Assembly: GCF_030028105.1 (NCBI RefSeq)
Contig: NC_092397.1
Coordinates: 12,167,271 to 12,231,270, forward strand
Reading direction: 5' to 3'
DNA from: Mobula birostris
Taxonomy: Eukaryota
DNA length: 64,000 bases
Of the stretch, positions 11,571-26,060 are shown in pieces. The notes beneath the pieces are model-generated. The model made no database searches, was not told the origin of the DNA, and worked only from the letters and a program-made list of their open reading frames with translations. A program made the translations under genes and the position numbers. Positions within the stretch are counted from its first letter, which is position 1. Every line of letters begins with the position of its first letter.

Positions 11571-12369
11571 GGTTCAATGAAGAAAGACCGTTTTCTCTGA
11601 GTCCAGACATGCCAAACGCTGGTGGGACTCAGCAATTCGGGCAGTATCTATCTAAGGAGGGGGAAAAAAAGGCAATGTTGTGGGCCGAGCCTCTTCATCA
11701 CAACCAGGCAAAAACATTCAAAAGTTCAAAGTAAATTTATTATCAAAGTGTATATATATGTCAGCATATGCAATCCTGAGATTCATTTTCTTGCAGGCAT
11801 GCTCAATAAATCCATAATAGAATAATAACCATATTATTATATAAAGACCGCATCGACTTGGACAGTCAAGCAGTGTGCAAAAGACAACAAACTACGCAAA
11901 TAGAAAAAGAATTAATAATAATGATACTAAATAAATATTCAGAATATGAAATAAAGAGTCCTTGAAAGTGAGTCCACGGGTTGTGGGAACAGTTCAGTGA
12001 TGGGGCGAGTGAAGTTATCCCCTCTGGTTTAGTAACCAGCTCGACTCACTCCAGGCAGGTACCAGCTCCAACATTCACAAAGCAGGGAACACCTCACAAA
12101 TAACTTTGGAAACGACCTCCAGCCCAGCAGATGACCCGAAGCATCACTGTGTCTACTTTAAAACACAGAAAGCAAAGGGACTCCGTCTCACAAAATGGAG
12201 GATGTAAAACAGTTCCACAAAATGGCAGCCTCCATCTCATAGAAAGGTAGAAAACCCACAGCACGTGCTTATTCTTAATAGAATAAGGATCCAATTGAAT
12301 GCTGTTCTTAGAGACCTATTTCCTTACTTCATGTTGATACTAAAATTTTACCTAAACTTTTGGCCTGTA

Positions 12370-15178
12370 GGATTGAAAATATGTTGCCATCTATTATCTC
12401 TGATGATCAGACTGGGTTTATCAAAAATCGATACTCCCATTTTAATATTCGTCATTTATTGAATCTTATTTATTCTCCTTCTAAAGAGGTTTCGGAATGT
12501 GTGATACCTTAGATGCTGAGAAAGCCTTTCATCGGGTTGAATGGAATTATTTATTTAAAACTTTAGAAAAATTTAACTTTGGGCCCGATTTTATTCAATG
12601 GATTAGATTACTTATCTCCCTCTGCTCAGGTTCTTACTAACTCTCAGTACTCTAAACTATTTAAACTTTATCGTGGAACTAGACAAGGTTGTCCTTTGAG
12701 TCCTTCGCTTTTTGATTTGGCTTTAGAACCTTTAGCTATTGCTTTCCGGGAATCTAATGATATCACTGGTATTTTAAGGAGGGGTATTACCCTCAAAGTT
12801 TTGCTTTATGCTGATGACCTTTTGCTCTACACTTCTAATGTGGAGTCTTTTCCTGCTTTAGTCAGTTTTCTGGATATAAACTTAACTTTCATAACAGTGA
12901 ACTTTTTCCTTTGAATATTTTGGTATTAACCTTCCTCTTAAAATTGTAAGAAATCAATTTACTTATTTGGATGTAACAATTACTAGGAATTATAAATTCC
13001 TTTTTAAAGAAATTTGTTTTACACTTCTGAATTATGTTAAGAAGGCACTTTCAAATTGGTCACCTCTCTCTTTGTCGTTGATTGGCCGAATCAATTCCAT
13101 TAAAATGAATATTTTGCCTATATTTCCATATTTATTTCAGACCATACCTATTTTTATTCCTAAATCCTTTTTTGATTCTTTGGATTCTATTATATCTTAT
13201 ATATGGAAAATAAAATTTCTGGATTAAATAAAGTTCATCTTCAAAAAGCTAAAAAGAATGGAGGTTTAACTTTACCGAATTTTAGGTTTTATTACTGGGC
13301 AGTCAATATACAGAATCTTACGTTTTGGTTATATTATATTAATCAAGAGGACTGTCCGGTCTGGGTTTCATTAGAAGCTAACTCTGTTAATAAATTCTCT
13401 ATCATTTCTCTTCTCGGATCCTCAATTCCTTTATCTATAAGTAATTTAATTGTAGTTAAACGTGGTGGTGGCATCCGTTAGTCTTGCGAGACCATGGATC
13501 TGTGCCTGGAAAGCCTTGCTTCAGTCTCTGTTGGTAGAGCAGCGTCTGTTGTGGCTGTAGAGGCCCACACGGGAGTGACAGTCTTGGCTGCAGTGACTGC
13601 CCTTGAAGCCACTGTCCTCCAGTATTGTCCTGGTGCTGTTTTTCCGATGAGTGCGCTTTTCTTCAGCAGCAAGCCTCAGCTTCTCTTCTCCTCTTTTTAG
13701 ACCTCTGCGTAGTTCCAGCCTCCAGTGAGAGCGATCGCTTGTGAAGTCTCCCACCTCTCGACGTTCATGTTCAGTGACTTCATGTCGCTCTTGCAAACGT
13801 CTTTGAAACAAAGATGGGGCCGCCCTTGTGCTCTCTTGCCGGAGGCCAGTTCCCCATACAGCAGGTCTTTCGGGATCCTCCTGTCTGACATGCAGTGTAA
13901 CCAGTTATAAACACAGTTTGAGGACTTGGATACAGTTTAGAAAATATTTTGGTTTATTGAGTTTTTCACTTTCCAGTCCCATTTTTTCTAACTTTTTTTT
14001 AAACCTTATATGTCTGATGTAGTTTTTAAGGAGTGGAATAGATTGGGTATTAAATGTTTTCATGATTTGTTTGTTGGAGATGGTCTCTCTTCATTTGAAC
14101 AACTGTCAGTTAAGTATAGCCTACCAAGAACTCACTTTTTTCGATATTTACAAATTAGAGACTTTTTGCGTTCTCAAGTACAAACATTTCCTAAGCGTCC
14201 AGATAAAAATTTACTTGATATAATTTTTAATTAAAAACCCTTCCATAATGCATCTATATCCAATATTTATGGTATGTTGTTGGGAATGAGAAATATTCCT
14301 TTAGATAAAATTAAAAACCTTTGGGAACAAGATTTACAGATTTCAATTTCAGAGGACACTTGGAATGAAATTTTTAAATTGGTTAATACCTCATCGTTAT
14401 GTGCCCGTCATTCCGTTCTACAATTTAAAGTGGTTCATAGAGCCCATATGTCTAAAGACAAGCTGTCTCGTTTTTATTCGGATATATCTCCCTTTTGTGG
14501 TAGATGTAGTAATGGAGAAGCTTCATTAATCCATATGTTTTGGAGTTGTCCGAGTCTTGAAAAATATTGGAAGGAAGTATTTCAAACTTTTTCAGTGCTT
14601 TTTAAAGTAAATTTTAAACCTAATCCTTCGACTGCCTTATTTGGTATTGTTGGAGGAAATGACATTATTTCAGAGTCACATGATTTGCACATTTTGGCCT
14701 TTATTTCTGTTATAGGCATTGTTGCTTAAGTGGAAGGATGCCACACCGCCTACTCATACTCATTAGTTACATGATGTTACGTCATGCTTAAATTTAGAGA
14801 AGATTCACTGTTCAATTTCTGAACCTAGATGAGATTTTTTAACATTGTGGGGACCTTTTTTGAATTATTTTCAAAATCTTTGATTTGCTATTAAGCACAG
14901 ATGTTGGCTAATAATATGTTTTATTATATATTAAGGATTTCTTCCTTTTTTTTTTAACCTAACAGCTGTTTTTTTTCCTAGTAGTGGGTTTAAATTTTTT
15001 TGTACAATAAAATTATCTCTTTTCAATATTATGTTTAAACTTAATTTATATGGATATGGGGTAATTACACTTTATTTGTGATTTCAATATATTGTAATCG
15101 ATATATATTATATATCCTACTGTACTCTGTATTCTTTTCTGTAAGAATTTAATAAAAATATTGAAAAAGAAAAGAAAA
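12370..15178 (+). mobile_element. L1-clade LINE, degraded ORF2 and 3' end
   Basis: GTRQGCPLSP and LYADD RT motifs, C-terminal CGRC..HMFWSC, AATAAA and A-rich tail at ~15151-15178. Confidence 0.85.
13461..13896 (-). mobile_element. RTE-clade LINE 3' fragment nested in L1
   Basis: RIPKDLLYGELASGKRAQGRP and CHSRVGLYSH motifs, (CCA)n tail, higher GC than the flanking L1. Confidence 0.75.
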
Positions 15179-15179
15179 C

Positions 15180-16485
15180 CTACAGCACAATACAGGCCCT
15201 TCAGCCCACAATGCTGTGGCAAACATGTACTTACTTTAGAAATTACCTAGGGTTACCCATAGCCCTCTATTTTTTTTCTCAGCTCCATTTATCCATCCAG
15301 GAGTCTCTTAAAAGACCCTATCGTATCGGCCGCCACCACCATCGCTCGCAGCCCATTCCACGCACTCACCACTCTCTGTGTAAAAAGTCTTACCCCTGAC
15401 ATCTCCTCTGTACCTACTTCCAAGCACCTTAAAACTATGCCCTCTTGTGCTAGCCATTTCAGCCCTGGGAAAAAGACTCTGGCTATCCACACAATCAATG
15501 CCTCTCATCATCTTATACACCTTTATCAGGTCACCTCTCATCCTCCGCCTCTCCAAGGAGAAAAGGCCAAGTTCACTCAACCTATCCCCAGTACAGACAA
15601 CATCCTTGTAAATCTCCTCTGCACCCTTTCTATAGTTTCCACATCCTTCCTGTAGTGAGGCGACCAGAACTGAGCACAGTACTCCAAGTGGGGTCTGACC
15701 AGGATCCTATATAACTGTAACATTACCTCTCAGCTCTTAAACTCAATCCCGTGATTGAGGAAAGCCAATGCACTGTATGCCTTCTTAACCACACAGTCAA
15801 TCTGCATAGCAGCTTTGAATCCCAAGATCCCTTTGATCCTCCACACTGCCAAGCGTCTTACCATTAATACTATATTCTGCCATCATATTTGACCTACCAA
15901 AATGAACCACTTCACACTTACCTGGGTTGAACTCCATCTGCCACTTCTCAGCCCAGTTTTGCATCCTATCGATGTCCTGCTGTAACCTCTGACAGCCCTC
16001 CACTCTATCCACAACACCCCCAACCTTTGTGTCATCAGCAAATTTACTAACCCATCCCTCCACTTCCTCATCCAGGTCATTTATAAAAATCACAAAGAGA
16101 AGGGGTTCCAGAACAGATCCCTGAGGTACACCACTGGTCACCGGCCTCCATGCAGAATATGACCTGGCGACAACCACTCTTTGCCTTCTGTGGGCAAGCC
16201 AGTTCTGGATCCACAAAGCAAGGTCCCCTTGGATCCCATGCCTCCTTACTGAAATCCATATACACTACATCTACTGCTCCACCTTCATCAATGTGTTTGG
16301 TCACATCCTCAAAAAATACCATCAGGCTGTAAGGCATGACCTGCCTTTGACAAAACCATGCTGACTATTCCTAATCATATTATGCCTCTCCAAATGTTCA
16401 CAAGTCCTGCTCTCAGGATCTTTTCCATCAACTTCCCAACCACTGAAGTAAGACTCACTGTTGTATAATATCCTGGGCTATTTCC
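15180..16485 (-). mobile_element. CR1 LINE fragment
   Basis: [23 protein letters not shown] and RGDLIKVYK motifs. Confidence 0.85.
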
Positions 16486-16759
16486 AAGCACGTGGCAGGA
16501 ACAAAGACAATTGATCTGTCTGCTTCAACTGGCTAGACCCATTTGAGTTCAATGTTTTAAATCCACCATGGCCAAAACCTTACTCCACTCCATTACCCAC
16601 AGGTCATGCTCTCTTCTCGCTACTGCCACCAGGAAGAAGGTACAAGTGCCTCACAGCACCCCTCAGCCATCAGGGGCTAACTTCACTCAACTTAATTTGT
16701 CCCATCGTTGGTATGTTCCCACAACCAATGGACTCATTTTCAAGGACTCTTCATCTAAT

Positions 16760-17870
16760 TCAGAATGAAAATCAGGTTTAATATCACCGGCATTTGTCAT
16801 GAAATTTGTTAACTTTACGGCAGCAGGACAATGTAATACATAATAAATAAATATAAAGATAAAAATTACCAAGTTACGTTAAGTATATATCTGTCTATTA
16901 AATAGTTAAGTTAAAATAAGCAGTGTAAAAACAGGGATAATAAAAGTGAGGCATTGTTCATGGGTTCACTGTCCATTCAGAAATCAGATGGCAGAGGGGA
17001 AGAAGCTGTTCCTGAATCGCTCAGTGTGTGCCTTCAGGCTCCTGTACCTCCTCCCTGATGGTAACAATGAGGAGAGGGCATGTCCTGGGTTATGAGGGTC
17101 CTTAATGATGGATGCTGCCTTCCTAAGGCACTGCTCCTTGAAGATGTCTTGGATACTATGGAGGTTAGTACCCATGATGGAGCTGACTAATTTTACAAGT
17201 TTCTGCAACTTATTTTGATCTTGTGCAGTAGCCAAACCTCCCCCCCCCCACCCACCCACCCACCCACCCACCCAATACCAGACGGTGATGCAGTCAGTCA
17301 GTCAGAATGCTCTCCACAGTACATTTGTCGAAGTTTTCGAAAGTTTTAATTGACAAACCAAATCTCCTCAAACTCCTAGTAAAATATAACCATTGTGTTG
17401 CCTTCTTTGTAGCTGCATCGATATGTTGCATCCAGATTAGGTCCTCAGAGATATTCACACTGGGAACTTGAAATTATTCACTTTCTCCACTTCTGATCCC
17501 TCTATAAGGATTGATTTGTGTTCCCTTTTGTTACCCTTCCAGAAGTCCACAATCAGCACTTTGGTCTTATTGATGTTGAGCGCAAGGCTGTTATGCAACA
17601 CCACTCAACAAGCTGGTATATCTCACTCCTGTACGCCCTTTCGTCACTGTGTAAGATTCTACGAACAATGGTTGTATCATGAGCAAATTTATAGATGCTT
17701 TTTGAACTATACCTGGCCATGCAGTCATGGGTGTAGAGAAAGTAGACAGGTGGGCTAGGCACACATCCCTGAGGTGCACCAGTGTTAATTGCCAGCAAGC
17801 TGGAGATGTTATTTCCAATTCACGCAGATTGTGGTCTTCTGGTTCAGAAGTCAAGGATCCAGTTGCAGAG
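16760..17870 (-). mobile_element. Rex1/Babar-like LINE fragment
   Basis: TGAPQGCV..KFAHDTT and LLPSGRRYRSL..RFRNSFFP. Confidence 0.75.
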
Positions 17871-18072
17871 GCTTAATTTTCTTGTTTGTTGTTTATTTAT
17901 TTATTATTATTACTTCTTCTTTCTGTATTTGCACAGTTTGTTATATTCTGCACTCTGCTTGAACACCCTAGTTGGGCAGTCTTTTGTTGATTCTGTTATG
18001 GTTATTATTTTATAGATTTATTGAGTATGCCCACAAGAAAAGGATTCTCAGGTTTGTATATTGTGACATATA

Positions 18073-19716
18073 CAGTGCCTATAGAAAGTATTCACCACGC
18101 TTCCCCCCCACCCCCGGCTTGGAAGTTTTCATGCTTTATTGTTTTACAATATTGAATCACAGTGGATTTAATTTGGCTATTTTTGACACTGATCAACAGA
18201 AAAATACACTTTTGTGCCAGAATGAAAACAGATCTCTACAAAGTGATCTAAATTAATTACAAATATAAAACACAAAAGAATTGATTGCATAAGTATTCAC
18301 CCCCTTCAAGTCAGTATTTAGTAGATGCACCTTTGGCAGCAATTACAGCCTTGAGTCTATGTGGATATGTCTCCATCAGCTTTGCACATCTGCACACTGC
18401 AATTTTTCCCCATTCTTCTTTACAGAACTGCTCAAGCTCTGTGAGATTGCGTGGGGATCATGAGTGAATAGCCCTTTTCAAGTCCAGCCACAAATTGTAT
18501 GTTGGATTGAGATCTGGACTCTGACTTGGCCACTCCAGGACATTAACTTTGTTGTTTTTAAGCCATTTCTGTGTAGCTTTGGCATTAAAATTGGGGTCAT
18601 TGTCTTGCTGGAAAACAAATCTCCCAGGTCACAGTTCTCTTGCAGACTGCATCAGGTTTTCCTCTAGGATTTCCCTGTGTTTTGCTGCATTCATTTTATT
18701 GTCTACCTTCACAAGCCTTCTAGGGCCTGCTGCGGTGAAGCATCACCACAGCATGATACAGTCACCACCATGCTTCACGGTAGGGATGGTGTGTTTTCGA
18801 TTATATGCGGTGTTTGGGTTACACCAAACATAGTGTCAAGTCTGATGGCCAAAAAACTCAATTTCGGTTTCATCAGACCATAGAACCTTCTTCCAGCTGA
18901 CTTCAGAGTCTCTCACATGCCATCTGGCAAACTTCAGCCAAGAATTCATGTCAGTTTTTTTCAACAGAGGCTTTCTCTTTGCCACTCTCCCATAAAGCTG
19001 CAACTGGTGAAGCTCCTGGGCAACAGTTGTTGCATGCACAGTCTCTCCCATCTCAGCCACTGAAGCTTGTAACCCGTCCAGAGTTGTCATAGGTCTCTTG
19101 GTGGCCTCCCTCACTAGTCCCCTTCTTACACAGTCACTCAGTTTTTGAGGACGGCCTGCTCTGGGCAGATTTACAGCTGAGCCATATTCTTTCCATTTCT
19201 TGATGATTGAATTAACTGTACTCCAAGTATTCAGTGACTTGGAAATTTTCTTGTATCCATCTCCTGACTTATGCTTTTCAATAACTTTTTCGCAGAGTTG
19301 CTTGGAGTGTTCTTTTGTCTTCATGGTGTAGTTTTTGCCAGGATACTGACTCACCAGTAGTTGGACCTTCCAGATACGGGGGTATTTCTACAACAATCAA
19401 TGGAAACACCTTGACTGCACACAGGTGATCTCTATTTAACTATTATGTGACTTCTAACAGCAATTGGCCACACCAGTGATGATATGGTGTGACATGTTAA
19501 AGAGGGTGAATACTTATGCAATCGATTATTTTGTGTTTTTTATTTGTAATTAATTCAGATCACCTTGTAGAGATCTGTTTTCAATTTGACAGGAAAGAGT
19601 CATTTTCTATTGATCAGTGTCAAAAGCCAAATTAAATCCACTGTGATTCAATGTCGTAAAACAATAAAACATGAAAACTTCCATGGGGGGGGGGGAGGAT
19701 GGTTTTATAGGTACCA
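18073..19716 (-). mobile_element. Tc1 DNA transposon (IR/DR type) with frameshifted transposase
   Basis: TA|CAGTG terminus, ~230-bp imperfect TIRs with internal direct repeat AAGTATTCACC. ORF 18836-19354 has GRPQK and WSDET; [10 protein letters not shown] follows downstream of the ORF's stop. Confidence 0.9.
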
Positions 19717-20779
19717 ATAATAAAATTTAATTTGAACTTTTCATACCGACGTAATATATCTGACTGAAAACAAGACAGGCCAGACATGGACGGTGTTTGC
19801 CGACTGGAAATGCACGAAGGATCTTGCATGGAGAATCGAGATCTCCGTTTAGTATGACGGCAGGTACCAAGCGCGTTTAGCCCATCGAGATTGCACCTCA
19901 TGCTCCCATCCCCCACCCCTGCAAATTATTTCCCCTCAGTCCCGCTTTGAAGCTCCTGTCGTCTCTGAATCTCAACAGGCTCAACTCAACCCTAAACCAC
20001 TGTGAGCTTCTGATATATTTTCTTTCCTTTTTATTTCCACAGGACAATTGTCACAGCCACTGGGAGCCCCAGTGAGATTAGGTTTACCTGTAGCGCAGGA
20101 CGTGAGCGTTGCTGGTGAGAGCCAGTATTTTATTTTATCCTTCGAGCCACACCACCTATGAACTCATAGCCGCAGACGGTGGCGGCCAACTCCACAGATT
20201 CACCAACTTCCGGCTAAAAGTATTCCTCCTCATCTCTGTTCTAAAGGGACGTACTTCCCTGCTGTGGCTGTGCTCTCTGGGCCTAGACTCTCCCACTATT
20301 GGAAATGTACTGAGCCAGAGGGTGGTGAATCTGTGGAATTCATTGCCACAGGCCAAGTCATGGGGGTATATTTAAAGCGGAGATTGATAGGTTCTCTATT
20401 AGTCAGGAGAGTGGGGTTCAAAGGGATAATAAATCAGCCATGATGGAATGGTGGAGCCGACTTGACGTAAACTATGGGAGGAAGCCAGAGCACACCGAGG
20501 CAACTCGGGCAGTCACGGGGATCGTACAAGCTCCTTACAGACAGCAGCAGGCGGTGCAGACGACAATAAACCAGAGTCTGATTTCCACTTCATGCCCAGA
20601 CAGGCGAGTGCCAACATAAGAGGTGGGGGCATGGCCAGTCTGCCCTGAATACCATTTCTTCCCTCGGCAGCACTACCCTTTAATACGTGACACTATTGGT
20701 CTCTGCCTTGCATACACTCGGTGATGGTACCTCTGCAGCAACCCCCCCGCCCCCGCATTCAAACTTCCACAGCCTGGGG

Positions 20780-23700
20780 GGAGAACCGCGTTATGGAACT
20801 GGAGCTGCAGCTCGATGACCTTCGTCTGGTCAGGGAGAGTGAGGAGCTGATAGAGAGGAGTTACAGGCAGGTGGTCACACCGGGGCCACGGGAGGCAGAC
20901 AAGTGGGTCACGGTTAGGAGGGGGAAGGGTAAGACTCAGGTAATAGAGAGTACCCCGGTGGCTGTGCCCCTTAACAATAGGTACTCCTGTTTGAGTACTG
21001 TTGGGAGTGACAGCTTACCTGGGGGAAGCAACAGTGGCCGTGCCTCCGGCATGGAGTCCGGCCCTCTAGCTCAGAGGGGTAGGGAAAGGAAGAGGAGGGC
21101 AGTTGTGATAGGGGACTCGATAGTAAGGGGGTCAGATAGGCGATTCTGTGGACACAGTCCAGAGACCCGGATGGTAGTCTGCCTCCCTGGTGCCAGGGTC
21201 CGGGATATTTCTGATCGTGTCCCAAGATATCCTGAAGTGGGAGGGTGAGGAGCCAGAGGTCGTGGTACATATAGGTACCAATGACATAGGTAGGAAAAGG
21301 GATGAGGTCCTGAAAGGAGAATATAGGGAGCTAGGAAGGGAGTTGAGAAAAAGGACTGCAAAGGTAGTAATCTCAAGATTACTGCCTGTGCCACGCGACA
21401 GTGAGAGTAGGAATGCGATGAGGTGGAGGATAAATGCGTGGCTGAGGGATTGGAGCAGGAGGCAGGGATTCAAGTTTTTGGATTGGGACCTCTTTTGGCG
21501 CGGGCGTGACCTGTACAAAAAGGACGGGTTACACTTGAATCCTAGGGGAACCAATATCCTGGCAGGGAGATTAGCGAGGGCTACTGAGGTGACTTTAAAC
21601 TAGAATGGTTGAGGGGTGGGAATCAAATTAAAGAGGCTAGGCGAGAGGAGGTTAGTTCACAACAGGGGGATGGGAACCAGTATAGAGAGACAGAGGGGTG
21701 TAAAGTGAGGGTAGAAGCAAAAAGTAGTAAGGAGAAAAGTAAAAGTGGCAGGCCGACAAATCCAGGGCAAGCATCAAAAAGGGCCACTTTTCAACATAAT
21801 TGTATAAGGGCTAAGAGAGTTGTAAAAGAGCACCTGAAGGCTTTGTGTGTCAATGCAAGGAGCATTCGTAACAAGGTGGATGAATTGAAAGTGCAGATTG
21901 TTATTAATGATTATGATATAGTTGGGATCACAGAGACATGACTCCAGGGTGACCAAGGATGGGAGCTCAACGTTCAGGGATATTCAATATTCAGGAGGGA
22001 TAGACATGAAGGAAGGGGAGGTGGGGTGGCGTTGCTGGTTAAAGAGGAGATTAACGCAATAGAAAGGAAGAACATAAGCCGGGAAGATGTGGAATTGATA
22101 TGGGTAGAGCTGCATAACACTAAGGGGCAGAAAACGCTGGTGGGAGTTGTGTACAGGCCACCTAACAGTAGTAGTGAGGTCGGAGATGGTATTAAACAGG
22201 AAATTAGAAATGTGTGCAATAAAGGAACAGCAGTTATAATGGGTGACTTCAATCTACATGTAGATTGGGTGAACCAAATTGGTAAAGGTGCTGAGGAAGA
22301 GGATTTCTTGGAATGTATGCGAGATGGTTTTTTGAACCAACATGTCGAGGAACCAACTAGAGAGCAGGCTATTCTAGACTGGGTTTTGAGCAATGAGGAA
22401 GGGTTAATTAGCAATCTTGTCGTGAGAGGCCCCTTGGGTAAGAGTGACCATAATATGGTGGAATTCTTCATTAAGATGGAGAGTGACATAGTTAATTCAG
22501 AAACAAAGGTTCTGAACTTAAAGAGGGGTAACTTTGAAGGTATGAGACGTGAATTAGCTAAGAGAGACTGGCAAATGACACTTAAAGGATTGACGGTGGA
22601 TATGCAATGGCAAGCATTTAAAGGTTGCATGGATGAACTACAACAATTGTTCATCCCAGTTTGGCAAAAGAATAAATCAAGGAAGGTAGTGCACCCGTGG
22701 CTGACAAGAGAAATTAGGGATAGTATCAATTCCAAAGAAGAAACATACAAATTAGCCAGAAAAAGTGGCTCACCTGAGGACTGGGAGAAATTCAGAGTTC
22801 AGCAGAGGAGGACAAAGAGCTTAATTAGGAAGGGGAAAAAAGATTATGAAAGAAAACTAGCAGGGAACATAAAAACTGACTGTAAAAGCTTTTATAGATA
22901 TGTAAAAAGGAAAAGACTGGTAAAGACAAATGTAGGTCCCCTACAGACAGAAACAGGTGAATTGATTATGGGGAGCAAGGACATGGCAGACCAAATGAAT
23001 AATTACTTTGGTTCTGTCTTCACTAAGGAGGACATAAATAATCTTCCAGAAATAGTAGGGGACAGAGGGTCCAGTGAGATGGAGGAACTGAGCGAAATAC
23101 ATGTTAGTCGGGAAGTGGTGTTAGGTAAATTGAAGGGATTAAAGGCAGATAAATCCCCAGGGCCAGATGGTCTGCATCCCAGAGCGCTTAAGAAAGTAGC
23201 CCAAGAAATAGTGGATGCATTAGTGACAATTTTTCAAAACTCGTTAGATTCTGGACTAGTTCCTGAGGATTGGAGGGTGGCTAATGTAACCCCTCTTTTT
23301 AAAAAAGGAAGGAGAGAGAAACCGGGGAATTATAGACCGGTTAGCCTAACGTCGGTGGTGGGGAAACTGCTGGAGTCAGTTATCAAAGATGTGATAACAG
23401 CACATTTGGAAAGCGGTGAAATCATCGGACAAAGTCAGCATGGATTTGTGAAAGGAAAATCATGTCTGACGAATCTCATAGAATTTTTTGAGGATGTAAC
23501 TAGTAGAGTGGATAGGGGAGAACTAGTGGATGTGGTATATTTGGATTTTCAAAAGGCTTTTGACAAGGTCCCACACAGATTAGTGTGCAAACTTAAAGCA
23601 CACGGTATTGGGGGTAAGGTTTTGATGTGGATAGAGAATTGGTTAGCAGACAGGGAGCAAAGAGTGGGAATAAACGGGACCTTTTCAGAATGGCAGGCAG

Positions 23701-24718
23701 TGACTAGTGGGGTACTGCAAGGCTCAGTGCTGGGACCCCAGTTGTTTACAATATATATTAATGACTTGGATGAGGGAATTAAATGCAGCATCTCCAAGTT
23801 TGCGGATGACACGAAGCTGGGCGGCAGTGTTAGCTGTGAGGAGGATGCTAAGAGGATGCAGGGTGACTTGGATAGGTTGGGTGAGTGGGCAAATTCATGG
23901 CAGATGCAATTTAATGTGGATAAATGTGAAGTTATCCATTTTGGTGGCATAAATAGGAAAACAGATTATTATCTGAATGGTGGCCGATTAGGAAAAGGGG
24001 AGGTGCAACGAGACCTGGGTGTCATTATACACCAGTCATTGAAAGTGGGCATGCAGGTACAGCAGGCGGTGAAAAAGGCGAATGGTATGCTGGCATTTAT
24101 AGCGAGAAGATTTGAGTACAGGAGCAGGGAGGTACTACTGCAGTTGTACAAGGCCTTGGTGAGACCACACCTGGAGTATTGTGTGCAGTTTTGGTCCCCT
24201 AATCTGAGGAAAGACATTCTTGCCATAGAGGGAGTACAAAGAAGGTTCACCAGATTGATTCCTGGGATGGCAGGACTTTCATATGAAGAAAGACTGGATG
24301 AACTAGGCTTGTACTCGTTGGAATTTAGAAGATTGAGGGGGGATCTGATTGAAACGTATAAAATCCTAAAGTGATCGGACAGGCTAGATGCAGGAAGATT
24401 GTTCCCGATGTTGGGGAAGTCCAGAACGAGGGGTCACAGTTTGAGGATAAGGGGGAAGCCTTTTAGGACTGAGATTAGGAAAAACTTCTTCACACAGAGA
24501 GTGGTGAATCTGTGGAATTCTCTGCCACAGGAAACAGTTGAGGCCAGTTCATTGGCTATATTGAAGAGGGAGTTAGATATGGCCCTTGTGGCTAAAGGGA
24601 TCAGGGGGTATGGAGGGAAGGCTGGTGCAGGGTTCTGAGTTGGATGATCAGCCATGATCATAATAAATGGCGGTGCAGGCTCGAAGGGCCGAATGGCCTA
24701 CTCCTGCACCTATTGTCT
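20780..24718 (+). mobile_element. Near-full-length CR1 LINE (SGNH-esterase ORF1; APE + RT ORF2)
   Basis: ORF1 VIGDSIVRG, HIGTND, DGLHL. ORF2 NARS, YRPP, MGDFN, SDH, YLDFQKAFDKV, KFADD. 782-aa open stretch 22026-24374. Confidence 0.95.
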
Positions 24719-25631
24719 AATAACCTCATCTCGCTCTTTATTTATAAAAGGACTGCTTTGTAAACTGTATTGTAAGTTCCTGCCATCCCTGGGAGTGGAG
24801 GTGTGCTTTCCCTTTGCAAGTAATAAAGGCACTTGATTAAGATCCACTCAGTGTTGGTATTGCGTTTCGTGAGACTTAGCGGAGAAAGTCTCACAAAGTC
24901 TCGCTGCGAAGTGGTCCCCAGTCCTGCCCGCTATTTGCCCCACTCTGTATGGCACTGAGGCCGTGAGGCTGCTCCAGGCTTTGTCCCTGCGAGCTTCGCG
25001 TTGATTTGCCCTGCTGTGTGATGAACTGACACTGAGGCTGTGGGCCTACTCTGAGCTTTGTGTCTATGGACTCAATTTCATCCTGAGTGCTGTTGCTTTG
25101 CTTCTATTGTTTGCACAATTTGTTGTTGTTTTTTCTCTTTCTCTGTGCATTCCAGGTTGTTTTTTTTTACATTGGGTTCTTTTGGGTTTCTTGTTTCGTG
25201 GCTGCCTATAGGCAGACAAATCTCAAGGTTGTATAATGTATACATACTTTTGATAATAAATGTACTCCAATCTTAGAGTTGATTTGCATTCTGGCACCGG
25301 ACCGAACCTAACAAGGTCCATGTGACGGCCACCCCTGGATCAGCGTTCCCAAAGTCACACACAGGCATCCACCATTGAGCCAATCCGCCCTAACATCCCG
25401 GATTAAGTTCCGTAGAGAAGGGGGGGAGCGCTTTGGGGTTGTAAGCATTTAACTGTCATTCATTCTTTGGGGCACTCTTCTGTTTTCGTGGATGTTTGCG
25501 AAGAAAAAGAATTTCAGGATGTGTATTGTCTACACTTCTCTGACATTAAATGTACTTATTGAACCTATTGTGATGCAGACTCAGGATTGGCCTCTACAGC
25601 CACCCGAGGACCCAATAGACAGCCCCTTAGA

Positions 25632-25718
25632 GCAGAGGTTCCCAGCCTGGGGTCGAGGGACCCCTCGGTTAAGGGTAGGGGTCCACAGCGTTAAAAAAAA
25701 GAGGTTGGGAACCCCTGC
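25632..25718. mobile_element. Short hAT-like MITE
   Basis: Termini CAGAGGTTCCCAGCC..GGTTGGGAACCCCTG; related copy at ~50000-50065. Confidence 0.5.
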
Positions 25719-26060
25719 CTCAAGGTAACATCATACTCAACTGGAATGCCCGCAATACTACCGTGTAGCCGGGAGCCACTGTTGAAAGATACGACGTTTA
25801 AGATGGGTGGCAACCCTCATCCTCAAAGGGGCCTTTAAGGCGCTGTAGGCAAGAGGCCGGACAATGACTGTGGAATTGTGGTTACACCACGATCACACCA
25901 AATGGTAGAGCGGGCTCAAGGGGTTGAGTGGGATCTTCCTGTGCCTGGGTCACATGCTCGTACAGCACAGGGAGGAGTCAGCAAAGGGGGTTATCCAGTG
26001 AGGGTAAAAGACATTGGAGGAGGGCTTCAGCATTTGGTGAACTGATGTTATCAATGTGTC

